A stretch of DNA of 57,348 bases from Candidatus Latescibacterota bacterium (GTDB taxonomy: Bacteria; Latescibacterota; UBA2968), in NCBI GenBank assembly GCA_038279365.1, contig JAYODI010000029.1, positions 1-57,348 on the forward strand. Direction: 5' to 3'. The position numbers and the translations under genes are program-made. Position 1 is the stretch's first letter; each line of letters begins with the position of its first letter. Positions 48,520-57,348 of the stretch are shown here, in pieces. The notes under the pieces were generated by a model. It made no database searches. It saw only the letters and a program-made list of their open reading frames with translations, and was not told where the DNA came from.

Positions 48520-48991
48520 CAGAATGGGCCTCACCTGAAGATTGAAGACCGTAGGTAAAAAGCAGCAAAACCGTGCCCACACTCACCCATGAGTCGGCCA
48601 AATTAAAGATCCACCACCGTGTATCTCCAAAACCAAAATCTAAAAAATCGATCACCACACCAAACCGGACGCGATCAATGATATTGCCAATGGCCCCGCC
48701 CAACACCAATGTCAAGCCCACGGCAGGCCATTTTGCATCTCTGGGCAAACGCCACAACATCACACACACAAAAGTAAGTGCCACAGCAGCAAGCGCCAAG
48801 TGGATATAAATCCCCCCCAAACGCAATCCAAACACAGCACCGGGGTTGTGAATATACGTCAATTTAAAAAACGAACCCATCACAGGAACAGACTCATATA
48901 ACGCCATCGTCTGCATCACCCACCATTTGGATGCTTGATCCAAAATCAAGGCCACCACTGTAATCCAAAGTGCACGCACACCGTTACCCAT
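48497..48991 (-). CDS. lspA: Lipoprotein signal peptidase II
   Basis: DQASK, NPGAVFG, GGAIGNIIDR, VIDFLD, FNLAD. Confidence 0.96.
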   Translation of the reverse strand: MGNGVRALWITVVALILDQASKWWVMQTMALYESVPVMGSFFKLTYIHNPGAVFGLRLGGIYIHLALAAVALTFVCVMLWRLPRDAKWPAVGLTLVLGGAIGNIIDRVRFGVVIDFLDFGFGDTRWWIFNLADSWVSVGTVLLLFTYGLQSSGEAHSDAEQNST

Positions 48992-49033
48992 TTACAATTT
49001 AAAATTTAAAAAGCAGCATGAACAGTACCTTGT

Positions 49034-49420
49034 TTATGCCAACTTTCTCACTTCTCCATTTTCATTTTCTTTACAAGGCACACACGTCTTGGTTGTCGGT
49101 ACAGCTTCCAAACGTGCCACCGGTATTTCACACCCACATACCCGACACAAACCAAACGTGCCATCTTCTATTCTTTTAAGAGCTTTTTCAATTTGGTCCA
49201 AATACACACCATCACGAGAAGCAAACATAAACGCTTTCTCACGCTCCATGGTGCTGCTGCCCAGCTCACCCATATGATCAGAATAAGTCAAATCGCCCGA
49301 AGATTCTGCGGCTGTTGTTTTCATAGAGTGTGTTTGCAAAAGCCCCAAATCTTGCATAATCGACACCTGTTTTTCTTTTAACAAAACCTTAAACTGCTCC
49401 ACAATCTGTGCGTCCATCAT
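49034..49420 (-). CDS. TraR/DksA family C4 zinc-finger protein
   Basis: Coiled coil, ALKRIEDGTFGLCRVCG.EI...RLEAVP....CVPC. Confidence 0.92.
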   Translation of the reverse strand: MMDAQIVEQFKVLLKEKQVSIMQDLGLLQTHSMKTTAAESSGDLTYSDHMGELGSSTMEREKAFMFASRDGVYLDQIEKALKRIEDGTFGLCRVCGCEIPVARLEAVPTTKTCVPCKENENGEVRKLA

Positions 49421-49453
49421 CCACCCTTTCTATCACCAAAAACCGTTTCACCA

Positions 49454-49915
49454 TCAGCTAACAGCAGCTTGAATACGGTCTTTACATTCTTCCAATAAAG
49501 CTTGTTGCTCGGGCCAAAAACACTTTGGCACAGGCATCAAGAGCACCCAATGCATGGTTTCATGCTGTTCCTGATGTGTTGGCACAGCATGTGTTTGATC
49601 TGTGATATATAAAAAGTAGTGTGTAATTTTCCATTCTGTTTTATCAAAATCTAAGCGTGTTTTGACACCCAATTTTTCAATGAGTGTCAAATCTGAAACG
49701 CCCACTTCTTCACCTATTTCACGACGGGCCGCCTCAATTACGCTTTCGCCCAATTCGACATGCCCTTTGGGCAACACATAGCTATCATATATTTTTTCTT
49801 GTGCCAAAGCCACCCACACTTGGTCACCAACCTTGCGCACCACAACCCCACCAGCCGTATGGCTTTCAGGAACACCATCTGGGCGCACATACCAAGTATC
49901 GTCAATCTCAGGCAT
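49454..49915 (-). CDS. NUDIX hydrolase
   Basis: Nudix box PKGHVELGESVIEAARREIGEEVG. ORF track start 49936. Confidence 0.9.
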   Translation of the reverse strand: MPEIDDTWYVRPDGVPESHTAGGVVVRKVGDQVWVALAQEKIYDSYVLPKGHVELGESVIEAARREIGEEVGVSDLTLIEKLGVKTRLDFDKTEWKITHYFLYITDQTHAVPTHQEQHETMHWVLLMPVPKCFWPEQQALLEECKDRIQAAVS

Positions 49916-49957
49916 TCCAATCACTCCAAATCGCATATATTTATTTTTATGGTGCCT

Positions 49958-50830
49958 CTAAGATTGCAAATATCGGCCATACAACACTTGCAAACGCGCT
50001 TTGGCCGCATCAGAAATGGCATCTGGTGCCGTCATAATTGCAAACTGAGCCGCATCCAAACAGGCACAATCAGACGATTCAGGCAACAATCTTATCAATG
50101 CCTTCACAATATCGTTGGCACACTCAGCATTGGCTTTTAAAACTGCCACAACCGCCTCAACCGACACATCTTCTTCGGCCTCGTGCCAGCAATCATAATC
50201 TGTGCCCATGGCCAACATCGCATAACACATTTCGGCCTCCCGCGCCAACTTGGCTTCGGGCAAAGCCGTCATACCAATCACGGTGGCATCTACTTCTCGG
50301 CGATAAAAGTGAGACTCGGCACGCGTCGAAAACTGGGGGCCTTCCATACAAACATAAGTACCCCCATCATGTACCTTGGCTTGTGTTTGTTGCGATGCCT
50401 GTAACAAAAACTGCCTCAACTCTTCGCAAAACGGATCGGCAAAAGCAACATGCCCCACCACGCCCTCACCAAAAAAGGTAGACGCTCGCACCCCTTTGGT
50501 GCGATCAAAAAGCTGGTCGGGAATCACCATATCGCCTGGTTGGATATGTTCTTGCATAATACCCACCGCGCTTACTGCCAACAAATGCGTCACACCCAAT
50601 TGCTTTAGGGCATGTACATTGGCCCGATAAGGCACTTCAGAGGGCAACAAAACATGGCCGCGTCCATGGCGGGGCAAAAAATAAACCGTGCGATCACCCA
50701 CTTGGGCCTCAACAACCACATCAGAAGGTTTACCAAAAGGCGTTTCCATCTGATGCTCCGCCACCACAGACACACCTTGCATATGATAAACACCCGACCC
50801 ACCAATTACGCCCAATTGCACCTTTTTCAT
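49958..50830 (-). CDS. mtnP: S-methyl-5'-thioadenosine phosphorylase
   Basis: GVIGGSG, TPFGKPS, LPRHGRGH, MEGPQFSTRAES, GMT..PEAKLAREAE, TDYDCWH. Confidence 0.95.
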   Translation of the reverse strand: MKKVQLGVIGGSGVYHMQGVSVVAEHQMETPFGKPSDVVVEAQVGDRTVYFLPRHGRGHVLLPSEVPYRANVHALKQLGVTHLLAVSAVGIMQEHIQPGDMVIPDQLFDRTKGVRASTFFGEGVVGHVAFADPFCEELRQFLLQASQQTQAKVHDGGTYVCMEGPQFSTRAESHFYRREVDATVIGMTALPEAKLAREAEMCYAMLAMGTDYDCWHEAEEDVSVEAVVAVLKANAECANDIVKALIRLLPESSDCACLDAAQFAIMTAPDAISDAAKARLQVLYGRYLQS

Positions 50831-51351
50831 GCTTGTGTATCCTCACTCTCATCCACTTCTATAGGCTCTGTATTTTGTACGGTTTCTTGCACCACATCGG
50901 GGTCTATAAATTTGAGCTGACCCAAAAAATCATCTTGGGCTTGAACCAACGCCTGAAATTTTGCCACAAACATATCGCGCTGATTCTTCAAGTCAACAAT
51001 TTCTGCCCGAATGGTATGCACATGAGCGCGCGCTTTTTCAATTGCGCGATTGCCACGAATCTCTGATTCTTTCACAATCAAACGCGCTTCTTTGCGCCCA
51101 TTTTCTTTTACTTCTTCGGCCGCTTGCTGAGCCGTGCGCAACATCTCCTGCAACGTCTGCTCCATAACGCGAAAATGATCCACCTCGGTTTGCAAAGAAG
51201 TTTGTTTTTCTCGAAGAACAATGGCTTCGCGGTTCAAACGCTCAAACTCTTCTGCCAACACCTCTAAAAACGCTTGTACCTCTTCTTCGTCATACCCACG
51301 AAATACGCGTTTAAAAGTCTGCTTCCGAATGTCCAATGGTGTAATATTCAC
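50827..51351 (-). CDS. divIVA: DivIVA domain protein
   Basis: ITPLDIRKQTFKRVFRGYDEEEV..FL followed by a coiled coil. Confidence 0.93.
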   Translation of the reverse strand: MNITPLDIRKQTFKRVFRGYDEEEVQAFLEVLAEEFERLNREAIVLREKQTSLQTEVDHFRVMEQTLQEMLRTAQQAAEEVKENGRKEARLIVKESEIRGNRAIEKARAHVHTIRAEIVDLKNQRDMFVAKFQALVQAQDDFLGQLKFIDPDVVQETVQNTEPIEVDESEDTQA

Positions 51352-51430
51352 GAAACACCTCTCCAGTTGAGCGTCATCACTTCACAATCACCAAAACTTC
51401 GACCATCCATTTCAATTGCCCCAAAACAAT

Positions 51431-52030
51431 CTACCACATCATGCGCAACCCCATAATACGCACAATGGCATTTTGGGCAAACTGCAACAAAAAAATCAAT
51501 AAAATCGGAGACAAATCCAACATGCCAATGGAGGGAACAAGATCTCGAAAGGGTCCCATAATGGGTTCTGTCAGCCGAAACAAGGTCCACATCAGCCGGC
51601 CATCACGCAAAAAGGGCAACCATGAAAGCACGATTCGCGCCACAATCAAAACCAGCAAAACAGCAACCGCGCCATACAACACCCAGCCTATAATTTGCAA
51701 GGGCAAACCAGCAGACAGGCCATACAACAACCCCAACAAAGCCTGCACCAAATCATCTGTTAACCACTTGAAAAAAAATGCCCCAATCAGCACACCCAAA
51801 ATGAGCAACAATGGTGCGGAATTTTGGCTGGTTGGCATCATTTGAGCAATGGGCCAAATAAGTGGATCTGTGGCACGTCGAATATAGTAAGAAGCCCATC
51901 CAAAAGGTTTCACACTCAAAATGATCCAACGCAAAACCACCAATGCCACCACACCCAACACCAAAACAATCAAAGCCCAGTCAATAGCGACCTTCAGCAA
52001 CATCAGTGCTTCTTGAATCAATTCAATCAT
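51431..52030 (-). CDS. yggT: YggT family membrane protein (two repeats)
   Basis: RRATDPLIWP; RIVLSW...LTEPIMGPFR..VP.IGMLDLSP. ORF track start 52102. Confidence 0.88.
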   Translation of the reverse strand: MIELIQEALMLLKVAIDWALIVLVLGVVALVVLRWIILSVKPFGWASYYIRRATDPLIWPIAQMMPTSQNSAPLLLILGVLIGAFFFKWLTDDLVQALLGLLYGLSAGLPLQIIGWVLYGAVAVLLVLIVARIVLSWLPFLRDGRLMWTLFRLTEPIMGPFRDLVPSIGMLDLSPILLIFLLQFAQNAIVRIMGLRMMW

Positions 52031-52721
52031 CAACACGCCTACTTCCAAAAATAGCAGTACCCACACGCACCATGGTGGCACCTTCTTCAATGGCCACCTC
52101 AAAATCGTTTGTCATGCCCATCGACAACGTCTCCATAGAAACACCTTCTATTTGGGCATCCACAATACGGTCACGCACCTGTCTCAATGCAATAAAATTG
52201 GGTCGCACATCTTCTGCATTGGGCAAAAAAGCACCAATGGTCATCAAACCATCTACCTTCAAACCTTCCAATTGAGCCATTTGCCCCACCAAATCAACGG
52301 CAACATCGGGTGCAATACCAAACTTAGAGGCTTCACCTGAAGTATTGACCTGAAGCAACACGCGCACCACTTGACCATTTAAGACCGCTTGTTTGCTGAC
52401 CTCTTTGGCCAAGCGCAAACTGTCTATCGAATGAATCAAATCAAAAATGGGCAAAGCAACCTTCACTTTATTACGTTGCAAATGCCCAATTAAGTGCCAA
52501 GAAACAGAGCCTGTTATTTGCCCAACTTTTTCTTGGGCTTCTTGAACGCGGTTTTCGCCCAAGTTTACCGCACCTGCATCCACAGCCTCTTGCACACGCG
52601 CTATGGGCCAGGTTTTAGATACTGCAATCAGTGTCACATCATCCACAGAACGCCCAGACCGCAAAGCAGCTTTGGCGACACGTTCTTGCACTTGTTTCCA
52701 ATTATTTGCAATGACCGACAT
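52023..52721 (-). CDS. yggS: PLP homeostasis protein YggS
   Basis: LIAVSK, GENRVQEA, WHLIGHLQRNK, GLMTIG, LSMGMTNDFEVAIEEGATMVRVGTAIFG. Confidence 0.97.
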   Translation of the reverse strand: MSVIANNWKQVQERVAKAALRSGRSVDDVTLIAVSKTWPIARVQEAVDAGAVNLGENRVQEAQEKVGQITGSVSWHLIGHLQRNKVKVALPIFDLIHSIDSLRLAKEVSKQAVLNGQVVRVLLQVNTSGEASKFGIAPDVAVDLVGQMAQLEGLKVDGLMTIGAFLPNAEDVRPNFIALRQVRDRIVDAQIEGVSMETLSMGMTNDFEVAIEEGATMVRVGTAIFGSRRVDD

Positions 52722-52937
52722 AAAAACGCCGTCCCAGAAGACAAATTAAAGTCGGATAGAGACTTTTTAATGTATGAAAAAATGGGCTTACTGGCAACCT
52801 AAAAGGCGAAAAAGCACCTGAACCCAAAATGAACTTTATGATTGATTTTTCAAAGTATAGGTCAAAAAACCATTGACGAAACCCGCCCTGCAACATCATG
52901 TTTAAAGGCCATATCCACTTTATTCCAAAGGTGCCCT

Positions 52938-54929
52938 ATGTACAAAAATGATTACGGCCACATGGTGCTCGACCACACCGTGGCTCAAGTTCGAGAAATT
53001 CGGCAAGACCGCGCCAAACGTTTGGCCGCCATTCGCACACGAAAGCAAGCCTTGGCTTATCAAGAGCAGGTGCAACAGGCCATTGACCAAGCCTATCGCC
53101 CTTGGCCTCGCAAAACCGCACTCAATGCCCAAGTTGTAGGCGTAGTTGAACGCCCACGTTATAAAATTGAAAAAATCATCTTTGAAAGCCGCCCTGGTTG
53201 CTTGGTTACCGGTCATCTTTATGTGCCCAACACCCTCAAAGCCCCCGCACCCGGTGTCATTGGTTCATGTGGGCATTCGGCCAATGGAAAGCTTTCAGAT
53301 GCCTATCAATCTTTTTGCCAACGCTTGGCGCTCAATGGGTTTGTCTGTTTTATCTTCGACCCATTCAACCAAGGTGAGCGCGATCAATATTACACACTTA
53401 AAGACCGCGAAACGGTGCGCAGCTGCACGCATGCACACAACATGATGGGCAAACAGCTTGAGCTGGTCGGTGAATGGTTTGGTGCTTGGCGTGCTTGGGA
53501 TGGCATTCGGGCGCTCGATTATTTGCTCACCCGCCCCGAAGTAGACCCCAACCATGTGGGCATTACTGGCAATTCAGGCGGGGGCACCATGACCTCTTGG
53601 ATTTGGGCAGTTGAAAAACGATTTACAATGGCCGCCCCCAGTTGCTTTATCACCACATTTTTGGCCAATCTCGAAAATGAACTCCCCGCCGATTCTGAAC
53701 AATATCCCCCCGGTGTTATTGGCAAAGGCCTCGATATGGCCGATTTTCTCATTGCACGTGCACCTGCACCCACCATGCTGTTGGGGCAAACATACGACTT
53801 TTTTGATCGCCGAGGCCTCAAAGAAGCCTATGCAGAAATACAACGTTTTTACGGTCTTTTGGGCGCACCAAAACAAAATACCGACCTGTTCATTGGACCT
53901 CAAGGCCACGGTTATTCTTGGCACAACCAAGAAGCCATGGTGCGCTTCTTTGCCAGCCATTCTCACCAAAAACGCGCTATCAAAGTCTCAAAAACAGAAG
54001 AATTGGGTGCCGATCAACTCAACGTTACCCCCAAAGGGGAGGTCATTCCCGAAGGGGCCACACCGATCTATACCCTTATTGAGCAAAAAGCCAACGCGCT
54101 ATCCGACAAGCGCAAAAAGCTTTCCAAACCCCAACTCATTCGACAAATCAAATCGCTGCTCACCCTTCCCATTCGCCGAGAGATTCCCCACTATCGTTGC
54201 TTAAGAGCAGTAAGCGAAGACGGCGTTAGACTGGCACGTTATGCCATAGAAACAGAAAACAACATACGTGCCATTATGCGAAAACGCCTCGAAACACCAA
54301 CCTATTCCCACACGCTTGATGTTGAACCAGAAGTACACCTTTATTTGCCCCATGTCTCTTCGGAGCAAGATCTTTTAGAAGATTCTTGGGCCAAGTCGCT
54401 TAAAAAACAACATCCTTTATATGCCTTAGATGTCAGAGGTTTGGGTGAGTCACTTACCAGTGACGAACGCGAACTCTTTCACCCATATGGCAACGATTAT
54501 ATGTGCAATGGATATGGTTTGCTCTTGGGGCAAAGCTTTCTGGGGCGACGGGTCTACGACCTTTTGTGTACGCTTGATCTGCTCGTTGCCGAAGGTGCAA
54601 AAAAAATCCACCTCTACGGGCGTGGTCAAGGGGCCATCCATGCACTCTTTGCAAGCATCCTCCACAACAAGGTGGCTTTTGTGACATTAAAAAATGGCCC
54701 ACTCTCTTATCAATCGTGGACCCAAACCCCACTCGTGCACTGGCCCAATGCCAATATCCCACGTGGGGTCTTAAAAACCTTCGATTTGCCAGATATTATC
54801 CGAGCAATGGGCACCAAAATATCCCTCATCCAACCATGGGATGCCCATATGAACCCCTTATCGGGCCAGGCTCTTATCCAATTACTCCAAGAAACCGGAC
54901 TCTCTAAAGCGTTGATCAAACGCAAATAA
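52938..54929 (+). CDS. Tandem alpha/beta hydrolase (acetylxylan esterase-like)
   Basis: CGHS..GK, D...QGER, WDGIRALDYL, nucleophile GNSGGG; second, degenerate hydrolase domain (DVRGLGES, GRGQGA). ATG 52938 follows AAAGG (ORF track 52842). Confidence 0.85.
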   Translation: MYKNDYGHMVLDHTVAQVREIRQDRAKRLAAIRTRKQALAYQEQVQQAIDQAYRPWPRKTALNAQVVGVVERPRYKIEKIIFESRPGCLVTGHLYVPNTLKAPAPGVIGSCGHSANGKLSDAYQSFCQRLALNGFVCFIFDPFNQGERDQYYTLKDRETVRSCTHAHNMMGKQLELVGEWFGAWRAWDGIRALDYLLTRPEVDPNHVGITGNSGGGTMTSWIWAVEKRFTMAAPSCFITTFLANLENELPADSEQYPPGVIGKGLDMADFLIARAPAPTMLLGQTYDFFDRRGLKEAYAEIQRFYGLLGAPKQNTDLFIGPQGHGYSWHNQEAMVRFFASHSHQKRAIKVSKTEELGADQLNVTPKGEVIPEGATPIYTLIEQKANALSDKRKKLSKPQLIRQIKSLLTLPIRREIPHYRCLRAVSEDGVRLARYAIETENNIRAIMRKRLETPTYSHTLDVEPEVHLYLPHVSSEQDLLEDSWAKSLKKQHPLYALDVRGLGESLTSDERELFHPYGNDYMCNGYGLLLGQSFLGRRVYDLLCTLDLLVAEGAKKIHLYGRGQGAIHALFASILHNKVAFVTLKNGPLSYQSWTQTPLVHWPNANIPRGVLKTFDLPDIIRAMGTKISLIQPWDAHMNPLSGQALIQLLQETGLSKALIKRK

Positions 54930-54943
54930 CAACGGGGTATCAA

Positions 54944-55450
54944 ATGGCCAACCAAACCCAAGCCCAAGCGCTTCTACAAATTGTGAGCAAGTTAAAAATA
55001 TTTCAGGGTCTTACACCGCGTGAAGCCGCCCAAATGCTCAAATCATGTACATCGCAAACCTTTCATCCCAATGAAGTGCTCTACCAAGTGGGCACGCCCA
55101 GTCAAGAAATGTTCATTTTGTTGCAAGGACGATTAAAAGTTGTGGGCAAATCGGGTACAGCCTTAGGAGATATTCTGCCAGGTACCTGTTGCGGCGAAAT
55201 GGGGGTGTTTACGGGGCAACCTCGCTCTGCCACGGTTATTGCCACACAAAAATCGGTCGGTTTTAGCATCACGAAGCAAGACCTTCAAAGTGCACTCAAA
55301 GTCAACCAAGACATGCATATTAAGGTTTTACAAAATGTGATCACCTTATTAAGCGAGCGGTTGGGCACTGCCGATGGGTATATTGAAAATTATGCAAGCA
55401 AACTCAAACGAGCAGAAGACGAGCGTGGCATGTTAGATGGATTAGAATGA
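54944..55450 (+). CDS. Standalone cyclic nucleotide-binding domain protein
   Basis: IFQGL, EMFILLQG.L.V, PG...GEMG..TGQPRSATV; no HTH. Confidence 0.88.
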   Translation: MANQTQAQALLQIVSKLKIFQGLTPREAAQMLKSCTSQTFHPNEVLYQVGTPSQEMFILLQGRLKVVGKSGTALGDILPGTCCGEMGVFTGQPRSATVIATQKSVGFSITKQDLQSALKVNQDMHIKVLQNVITLLSERLGTADGYIENYASKLKRAEDERGMLDGLE

Positions 55451-55533
55451 CAAATAATAAATGCAATTATTAATAAGTTTGAAACATACCCGTAACATAT
55501 GCACTGTATATTTGTCATCGACGACTTTCGGAA

Positions 55534-55600
55534 GGGCATCTGGTTTATCGGCCAGGTGCCCGTTTTTTATAAAAAAAGGCGACGCAAGCATCACGTCGCC
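55534..55600. terminator. Pair of convergent intrinsic terminators
   Basis: Plus strand GGGCATCTGG...CCAGGTGCCC-GTTTTTT; minus strand GGCGACG...CGTCGCC followed by T7. Confidence 0.8.
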
Positions 55601-55627
55601 AAAATAAAAGCCATCTGTCACACACTG

Positions 55628-57348
55628 TTATTTGTTGCCATCATCACCAGAATGACTTAGGTCTTCAGATTCTTGACCTGCATCAAAACTCACAATGTCC
55701 ATATTTCCTACATATTTTTCGGTGCGATATTCTTTCACCGTTTGCATTGCCTTCACAATCGCCTCAATTGCCAATCCCGCCTTTCGAATCGACGCCAAGC
55801 CCTCTCTCATTCCACCATCTACAATCTTATAATCTTGCAACAACAAATCAACCATACCAATAATAACCGTAAGGGGTTGATTGATTCTGTGAGCAGCAGC
55901 CCCTGCGGTTTGCACCACCACAAGGTCGCGCTCCAATTCACGCGCCATCTCTTCTACACGCTGACGTTCCGTGATATCAAAAATCGCCGCCACAACCCCA
56001 TCAAAATCGCGTGTGAGTTCATAAAGCGGCGCTTTGGTTACCACAAATTTTCTTTTATTCCCCTCTGGCTCTTCCATCTCAATTTCATAATGTTGCATCT
56101 TCTGATTTGAAATAATGGTTCGTGTTGCATCTGCCTCAATTTGTGCCACCTCTAAAGACCAAATCTTTGTTTGATGTTTTCCCACAATATCTTGAGGTGA
56201 CTTCCCAAACAAGTCGGCAAAAGCCTTGTTACAATCTGTAAAAATTTGATCTTTGTCTTGCAAATAAAGTGGAATAGGTACCGTATCTACCAAAGTACGT
56301 AGAATATCCCAATTTGCCTGTACTTGTTCCGATGCCAATGCCAATTGTTTATTTGCCAGATGCAACTGCCGATTCCGCCTCACAACACGCGCCGATTGCC
56401 ACAAAATCACCAAAATCAAACCTGTCAAACCACCAATAAACCAGGCCTGTTTCCATATCGGTGGCAACACAACAAATGAAACAGTGATCACATCACTATT
56501 ATTAAAGGCTTTGTCACGCGCTTTTACCTGAAAACGATAATCTCCATCGGTTAATCCAAGAAAAATGTGTTCATTTTCGCGTGTATAATGAGACCACGCG
56601 CGATCATTTAATCGCCAGGCATATTGCAACTCTGATACTGCTGTATCGTGCCATCGATCTTGCCCTTGCCAACTAATTAACGTATTCCCCGGCTGCGTGA
56701 CCTCTTCCACGTAAGACGTCACAGATAGCGTAGGGGATAGCTTTTCCATTTCTACCATAGCGGTTCCCCACTCGGGAGCAACCGTCCACAAATTGCCTTT
56801 TGAATCCATTTTGATTTCACCAACTAATTCATCAGGCAAAATATCGGGTGTCCAAGACTGACCATCAAAACGATAGATCCCCAAAGAACCACTGGCCCAA
56901 ATATTACCATCTGCTGTTTCGATGATACTCTCAAAAAAATTGCCTTCCAAACCCTCTTGCTGTGTATACTGGCGCCACACCTCACCTTTGCGTTGCCAAA
57001 CACCTTTCAACCGTGTGCCAACCCAGAGAGAGCCATCTTTTGCACCCAAAATACTGTGCACCCAAACATCTGTGATGGTTTCATCAATTTGCCATATTTG
57101 GCCATCAAAATACTGCAATTCATGTGTGCCTGCCCAAATGCGTCCGTCTGTTGTTTCCCCCATCGCATAGACCACATCAAGTGCTTCTGGCGGTTCATAA
57201 TGAATCCATTTAGAACCATCAAAACACAGTAGGCCACCTATTTGGCCAAGCTTGTCATTATAATGATAGGCACCAAACCAAATACGTCCCTTGCTATCAA
57301 CAAAATCGCTCTTCCAATAAATCATTCCAGAAAGGCGCGGATAGTTTT
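55628..57348 (-). CDS. Membrane sensor, partial: regulator propeller repeats, Y_Y_Y domain, TM, PAS, HisKA-like; 5' end outside the window
   Basis: D..G.IW repeats, LTDGDYRFQVKARD, PPIWKQAWF, PAS (NKAFADLFG), AAHRINQPL. The frame stays open from 57325 to the window end. Confidence 0.88.
   Translation of the reverse strand, partial: NYPRLSGMIYWKSDFVDSKGRIWFGAYHYNDKLGQIGGLLCFDGSKWIHYEPPEALDVVYAMGETTDGRIWAGTHELQYFDGQIWQIDETITDVWVHSILGAKDGSLWVGTRLKGVWQRKGEVWRQYTQQEGLEGNFFESIIETADGNIWASGSLGIYRFDGQSWTPDILPDELVGEIKMDSKGNLWTVAPEWGTAMVEMEKLSPTLSVTSYVEEVTQPGNTLISWQGQDRWHDTAVSELQYAWRLNDRAWSHYTRENEHIFLGLTDGDYRFQVKARDKAFNNSDVITVSFVVLPPIWKQAWFIGGLTGLILVILWQSARVVRRNRQLHLANKQLALASEQVQANWDILRTLVDTVPIPLYLQDKDQIFTDCNKAFADLFGKSPQDIVGKHQTKIWSLEVAQIEADATRTIISNQKMQHYEIEMEEPEGNKRKFVVTKAPLYELTRDFDGVVAAIFDITERQRVEEMARELERDLVVVQTAGAAAHRINQPLTVIIGMVDLLLQDYKIVDGGMREGLASIRKAGLAIEAIVKAMQTVKEYRTEKYVGNMDIVSFDAGQESEDLSHSGDDGNK

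Noticed and set aside
51348-51590. 80-aa ORF between yggT and divIVA (possible DUF167/YggU)
   Set aside because: Mostly overlaps yggT in another frame and has no recognisable motif.
12100-54204. Long alternative-frame ORFs such as 12100-12831, 18009-18707, 37492-38112 and 53611-54204
   Set aside because: Shadows of well-supported genes with skewed composition and no motifs.

Overview
Bacterial chromosomal window with no prophage, IS element or CRISPR array. It opens with the 5' ~965 nt of a 16S rRNA gene on the minus strand, preceded by three tandem promoters. Housekeeping genes follow: hemL, tRNA-Arg(UCG), uvrA, rfbB, bioF, trmJ, an 11-gene nuo operon lacking nuoEFG, polB, cyoE with an ABC-2 transporter, and yggS-yggT-divIVA-mtnP-nudix-traR/dksA-lspA-rluD. 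That last gene order suggests an FCB-superphylum organism, possibly Ca. Latescibacterota (inference, not verified). Three loci stand out. (1) A four-gene cluster at 44301-47494 encodes a MamA-like TPR protein, an acidic disordered protein, a clear MamK-family actin and a ParB-like protein, with no magnetosome biomineralisation genes nearby. (2) A single ORF fuses apolipoprotein N-acyltransferase Lnt to TatC. (3) A ~240-nt leader upstream of a heterodimeric ABC exporter has promoter, P1 stem, pseudoknot, antiterminator and terminator, and matches no riboswitch class I recognise. Homology calls come from motifs and recalled sequences; no searches were run. Where I give a start that differs from the ORF track, it is a best estimate from Shine-Dalgarno position or family alignment.
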